Shown in pieces: positions 28,086 to 32,000 of a DNA stretch of 32,000 nt. Both the position numbers and the translations under genes were made by a program. Below the pieces are notes generated by a model. The model saw only the letters and a list, made by a program, of their open reading frames with translations, was not told where the DNA came from and made no database searches. The first letter of the stretch is position 1. Each line of letters opens with the position of its first letter. The DNA is taken from NCBI RefSeq assembly GCF_000015945.1, contig NC_009033.1:1050001-1082000 (forward strand), written 5' to 3'. The DNA comes from Staphylothermus marinus F1 (GTDB lineage: Archaea; Thermoproteota; Thermoprotei_A; Sulfolobales; Desulfurococcaceae).

Positions 28086-28983
28086 TTCTCACACCTCTTT
28101 TTTTGTGTCGAAATAGTCTACTATATAATGTATAGATAAACATAGTTTCTTGATCAATTTTCTTATTTTCCCTAATAAGATATTGTGTGGGTAGCATTAT
28201 TAATGCTTGTTCATCGCTTATATACTTGAATAATACGTTGCCTCTTTGATCAAGAATGATTGTTGGGACAATATAGCTTAACTTATTCTCATAATAATAT
28301 ATTCCCCCAACTAATACAATCTTTGACCGGGTCATAAGTGCTAATGATTTGATTATGCTCATATAGTTCTTAACGGGATAATCCGGAGCTATTCCTACGA
28401 ATAATATGTCTGTTCCAAGATATAGGTTAAGCTTTGCTAGTTCTGGATATAGAATTTCGTCATCTAAAACTATGCTATAGTAGATGTTTCTACATCTAAA
28501 TTTTTTAATTGTTTTTCCTTTGTTAAAGCCTATAATTTTCTCTCGATCGCTTAGTACTATTTTTCTATACTTTTCGATTGGTTCACCTATTATACCCGGA
28601 ATCAAGAAAGCTGTTACGTAAATCTTTGAACCAGCTTTTTCTATAGTGCTCATGAGTAAAACATTTACTCCATAATTTTTAGCAATAATGCTTAGACTAG
28701 CTAAATACCCACTTGTTAGTGATAATCCATATTTTTTCCGTAGTGTGCTTTTAGAAATATTATTATCAAGTATGGGTCCATATGGTTGCATATATGGTAG
28801 TATAAGAGTATCAACATAGTTTTCATGAGCCAACAATAAACTTTTTCTAGCTACATCTAAATTATTTCTTTTATCTCTGATATATACGTTTAAATGACCT
28901 ATAGCTATATAACTACTTATAACATGTTTGCTTGTCTCTGACTGGAATGGATTTATTATTTTGAAGACTCTATTTGTCCGCAA
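28048..28983 (-). CDS. Carbon-nitrogen hydrolase (nitrilase) superfamily homolog lacking the catalytic Glu and Cys
   Basis: Block-by-block resemblance to archaeal CN hydrolases. VDTLILPYM corresponds to lvvlPE. IYVTAFLIPGIIGEPIEKYRKIVLSDREKIIGFNKGK corresponds to lYNsavvv.p.G.i.gkYRKiHLf..E...F.pG. YYSIVLDDEILYPELAK...GTDILFVG corresponds to vGvmICfD..FPE.aR...GAdvi. The Lys block is kept; Glu is replaced by Tyr and Cys by Leu. Confidence 0.7.
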   Translation of the reverse strand: MRTNRVFKIINPFQSETSKHVISSYIAIGHLNVYIRDKRNNLDVARKSLLLAHENYVDTLILPYMQPYGPILDNNISKSTLRKKYGLSLTSGYLASLSIIAKNYGVNVLLMSTIEKAGSKIYVTAFLIPGIIGEPIEKYRKIVLSDREKIIGFNKGKTIKKFRCRNIYYSIVLDDEILYPELAKLNLYLGTDILFVGIAPDYPVKNYMSIIKSLALMTRSKIVLVGGIYYYENKLSYIVPTIILDQRGNVLFKYISDEQALIMLPTQYLIRENKKIDQETMFIYTLYSRLFRHKKRGVRIGSGKGYTYKIE

Positions 28984-31900
28984 TGTTTACTCCACTTCTG
29001 TTCCAATTCTTTGTTCACTACAGGGTTATCTATGATTTTAGTTTTTAGTTCATTAAATATTTCATGAAGAACTTCCTGATAATCTCTAATACCCTCTTCT
29101 ACTTCTTTCATTTTCTTTTCCAACTCCCTTGTTACTTCTACGCTGACAACATCTTTGTAGTACTTATCCAAGAATTCTTCATATACCATTGTTCCTCTTT
29201 TTGTTGGAATTAATGCTTTTACACGCTTAGATACGTTAACGTATTTTCTATCGATTAGTGTCTGTATTATTTTAGCATAGGTGCTCGGTCTACCTATTCC
29301 ATTGGTCTTCATCCATTTAATGACATCATGATATCTAGCTAAGGGCGGTTTTAATACTTCTACATCCACTACTGGATAAGTCCCTGGTTTAACTTCTTCC
29401 TCTACATTAACTGTTTGATAGAATTCTAGGAATCCTTTCTCGATAATACCTATTACTCTTTCAACTTTCTTCTCATATCCGTTCATTCTAATCTTGAGAA
29501 CTTGTTTCACAATCTTTGCAGGAATCATTTGGCTAGCAATGAATCTATTGAATATTAATTTGTAAACCATGTAGTGTAGTCTAGTTAATGGTCTTGCAAG
29601 AATTAATGCCCCCTCGCGAATCAGCTCTGCTAATCTATCAGCATCAATGGGCCTAGTAGGTCTTATTGCCTCGTGAGCACCGCCTACACCCCATGTTCTC
29701 GGTTTAAATACTTCCTTTGCTTTTTCACCAAGTTTTTCTTCAAGATACTGTCTTGCAACATTTATTCCAGCATCGCTTATCCTTGTACTATCTGTTCTAT
29801 GATATGTTATCAGACCTAATTCGAATAGTTCTTGTGCAATCTCCATTGTACGTGTTGTCGATAATCCTAGTCTAATAGATGCTTCTTCTAGTAATGTATC
29901 TGTCGTGAACGGTGGAGGAGGATTAATGATCTCCTCTTTTCTATCTTCTTCTCGAACTTCGACTCTATAGCCAATAAGGTTTCTATGTGAGGTAATTCCG
30001 ATAATTTCTAATACACTTCTATCAATATCTACTCGTAACCTACTATCATTGATCTTTATCGTCAATAAATATCTGAACTTTGACTCATCATTATGTTCTT
30101 TGAATCTTCTAATAATATATCCTAGTACAGGAGTTTGAACTCTTCCAGCACTAAGGTTTCTATTCTCTATACAGCAAAACGGCATTTTATCTGTGATTCT
30201 CTTCCCTTCCCTTACATATTTATTGAGGAGAGGGTGTAAGACTTTGAAACAGTATATTGGCCAGAAGTATTTCTGTACCTTCTTAGATAATGCGAAACCA
30301 AGCCATCGATCCTCTACTCTACGAACAATTTGTGCTTCCACAAGCTTCATATCGAAGTCTCTGGGATTTCTTATCGCATTTAATATAGCTTTTCTAGTAA
30401 TTTCATGAAATTCCACTCTTTTGATCTCCCTGGCATATGGTTCTAGTAATACTTTAATGTCCCACCCAATCTTTTCTCCTTCAGTATCTGGATCTGTGCC
30501 AATAAATACTACATCTACTTCGTTTGCTAGTTCGCGTAGTGTTTCTACTATGTCTAGTTTTCTCGATATATCTCTGCTACCACATTTTGGACATGTATTT
30601 GTTTCAGCTGTGAACTGGTATCCGCACTTATTACATCTTTTTATATCTGTATATACTGGGATGAATTTATCACCGACTAGTCTGACGCCGTAATTGTATA
30701 GTCCATCGTCAACTACTAGATCATATACGTGGCCTATGCTAGCAATTATTGATAATACATAGTCACCCGTAGTAACGTCGTATACGGGCATACCGTTTTC
30801 TAGTATTCTTATAGAGGGTTTTCCGAAGAAATTAGCTATTGTTCTAGCCTTATTAGGAGACTCCACTATGAGTAACGCTGATTTTGTTAGTTCAAGTGTT
30901 TTCTCTACTTCAATTCTGCCTTCCAGTATCATTTTGACTTTTCTTCTTTCCTCATTTATTTCTTTCATGAGTTTATCTAAGTCTACTTCGTCTAGTCTCT
31001 TCATATCAAATTCTTCAAATAGCCATCTCATCCTTTTAATTAGTCCATTTAATAGTCTCTGATCATCAACTATGACTATGGATAATCCCTTAGTGATCCC
31101 TCCGGGATATAATCTAGAAGTTCTACCGCTTGCTTGAATATATGTCGCGACATCTGGGATCAAAATATAAGATTTACCGTCCTCCTGAACTAGAGCTACA
31201 TCTCCTTTTTGTTTTAGTTTCTCCCAGATCTCTGGTTTGGAAAGTAATTCTCTAGCCATCGATAATGCTTCCATTAACAGAGATAGTAATGGGTACTCTT
31301 CAACCTCTTCTCCTTGAAGCTTCTTCATGAAGTCCTCTTTTAATTTCATAAGTGCTCCTTGACTGAGTCGTCTGAGCCTCAACGATATACGGCCAATCAG
31401 GATCTCGGCTTTTCTTTTTTCTTCTCCTTCAAGTACATCCCGAAGAATTGTGAATATTCGTAGCACATCGATGGGTGAGGGTGACTCTAATCTTGTACTG
31501 AATTTGTGTCTAGGGACACCTGTGAATATGGCATACTTAACTCTGTCCGGCAGATCTAGTCCACGAACCATTACTCCATAATATGTTGCTACACCGACCA
31601 GGATATCTATATTGCCAGAAGCGAATTCTTCCAGTAATTTAACCGCTTTTTTCGCGTGAAATGCTTCAGCGTTTATTCCATGTTTCTTTAAAAGCTCAGC
31701 TATAGTCTCAGCATACTCGACTCCCTTATCTATTGGAACAAATATTAGTCCTCCATCGCCCAGTTTCTTTGCGAGCCTAATAATTGTTTGTTCAAGCGAT
31801 TCTTTGGAATAAGTATAAGTATCAACAATGTTCCTGATAGCTTCAGCTCTAGAACCTGCTTCAAAGTTTAGTAATATTCTAAATAGTCTTGGATAAATTC

Positions 31901-32000
31901 CTCTAGGTTTACCTGTTGCACTTGAAACAATAACAACTGTGTCGATTTTTCTTTTATACTTCTCTATTCTCTTCTCTAATGTTTCTAGTTTTTCTTCTAG
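28956..32000 (-). CDS. rgy: Reverse gyrase, 3' about 3 kb (N-terminus beyond the window edge)
   Basis: The track ORF 28956-31571 continues upstream in the same frame with no stop to position 32000 (checked codon by codon), reading ...VVIVSSATGKPRG...ILVGVATYYGVMVRGLDLP. Helicase motifs SAT and VRGLDLP. Toprim LLIVESPNKARTI and DPDTEGEKI. Zn ribbon CNKCGYQF...CPKCGS. Topoisomerase IA active-site region LITYHRTDS. Confidence 0.95.
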   Translation of the reverse strand, partial: LEEKLETLEKRIEKYKRKIDTVVIVSSATGKPRGIYPRLFRILLNFEAGSRAEAIRNIVDTYTYSKESLEQTIIRLAKKLGDGGLIFVPIDKGVEYAETIAELLKKHGINAEAFHAKKAVKLLEEFASGNIDILVGVATYYGVMVRGLDLPDRVKYAIFTGVPRHKFSTRLESPSPIDVLRIFTILRDVLEGEEKRKAEILIGRISLRLRRLSQGALMKLKEDFMKKLQGEEVEEYPLLSLLMEALSMARELLSKPEIWEKLKQKGDVALVQEDGKSYILIPDVATYIQASGRTSRLYPGGITKGLSIVIVDDQRLLNGLIKRMRWLFEEFDMKRLDEVDLDKLMKEINEERRKVKMILEGRIEVEKTLELTKSALLIVESPNKARTIANFFGKPSIRILENGMPVYDVTTGDYVLSIIASIGHVYDLVVDDGLYNYGVRLVGDKFIPVYTDIKRCNKCGYQFTAETNTCPKCGSRDISRKLDIVETLRELANEVDVVFIGTDPDTEGEKIGWDIKVLLEPYAREIKRVEFHEITRKAILNAIRNPRDFDMKLVEAQIVRRVEDRWLGFALSKKVQKYFWPIYCFKVLHPLLNKYVREGKRITDKMPFCCIENRNLSAGRVQTPVLGYIIRRFKEHNDESKFRYLLTIKINDSRLRVDIDRSVLEIIGITSHRNLIGYRVEVREEDRKEEIINPPPPFTTDTLLEEASIRLGLSTTRTMEIAQELFELGLITYHRTDSTRISDAGINVARQYLEEKLGEKAKEVFKPRTWGVGGAHEAIRPTRPIDADRLAELIREGALILARPLTRLHYMVYKLIFNRFIASQMIPAKIVKQVLKIRMNGYEKKVERVIGIIEKGFLEFYQTVNVEEEVKPGTYPVVDVEVLKPPLARYHDVIKWMKTNGIGRPSTYAKIIQTLIDRKYVNVSKRVKALIPTKRGTMVYEEFLDKYYKDVVSVEVTRELEKKMKEVEEGIRDYQEVLHEIFNELKTKIIDNPVVNKELEQKWSKHCGQIESSK

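Overview
This is an AT-rich chromosomal segment from a hyperthermophilic archaeon. A crenarchaeote of the Desulfurococcales type fits best, based on reverse gyrase, GGTGA-type Shine-Dalgarno sites, translationally coupled overlapping genes and a multi-intron tRNA with bulge-helix-bulge (BHB) splice motifs. This placement is inference from gene content only. Almost all of the window is core housekeeping. From left to right it holds: (1) the conserved secE-spt5-rpl11-rpl1-rplP0-rpl12 cluster followed by alaS. (2) tRNA-Arg(UCU), a canonical box C/D sRNA, and a trkH-trkA-MscS-like ion-transport operon. (3) A MiaB-family methylthiotransferase on the minus strand. (4) A translation and ribosome-biogenesis block: aIF2-beta, DUF424-like, NMD3, aIF1A, RIO1 kinase, KH/Dim2-like. 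(5) A two-domain hypothetical gene and a 300-bp unexplained GC-elevated spacer. (6) tRNA-Trp(CCA) with two introns and a 7-nt middle exon, then tRNA-Val(GAC) with one canonical intron. (7) A complete glycine-cleavage and one-carbon cluster (gcvH, glyA, gcvT, gcvPA, gcvPB, lpdA) interrupted by a COG3199-type NAD-kinase-fold gene. (8) A 502-aa orphan protein, aIF5A coupled to an MnmC-like methyltransferase, and the 3' 3 kb of reverse gyrase. Reverse gyrase is followed, with overlapping reading frames, by a nitrilase-fold protein lacking the catalytic Glu and Cys, and then by a 118-aa orphan. I saw no CRISPR array, transposase, integrase or defence island. The items most worth follow-up are the reverse gyrase / dead-nitrilase / small-ORF operon, the tRNA-Trp architecture, the apparent non-canonical start of the P1 stalk gene, the 92-bp perfect P0/P1 repeat, and the 15565-15863 spacer. 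I did not identify a convincing wholly new multi-gene system. The reverse-gyrase-linked pair is the best candidate.
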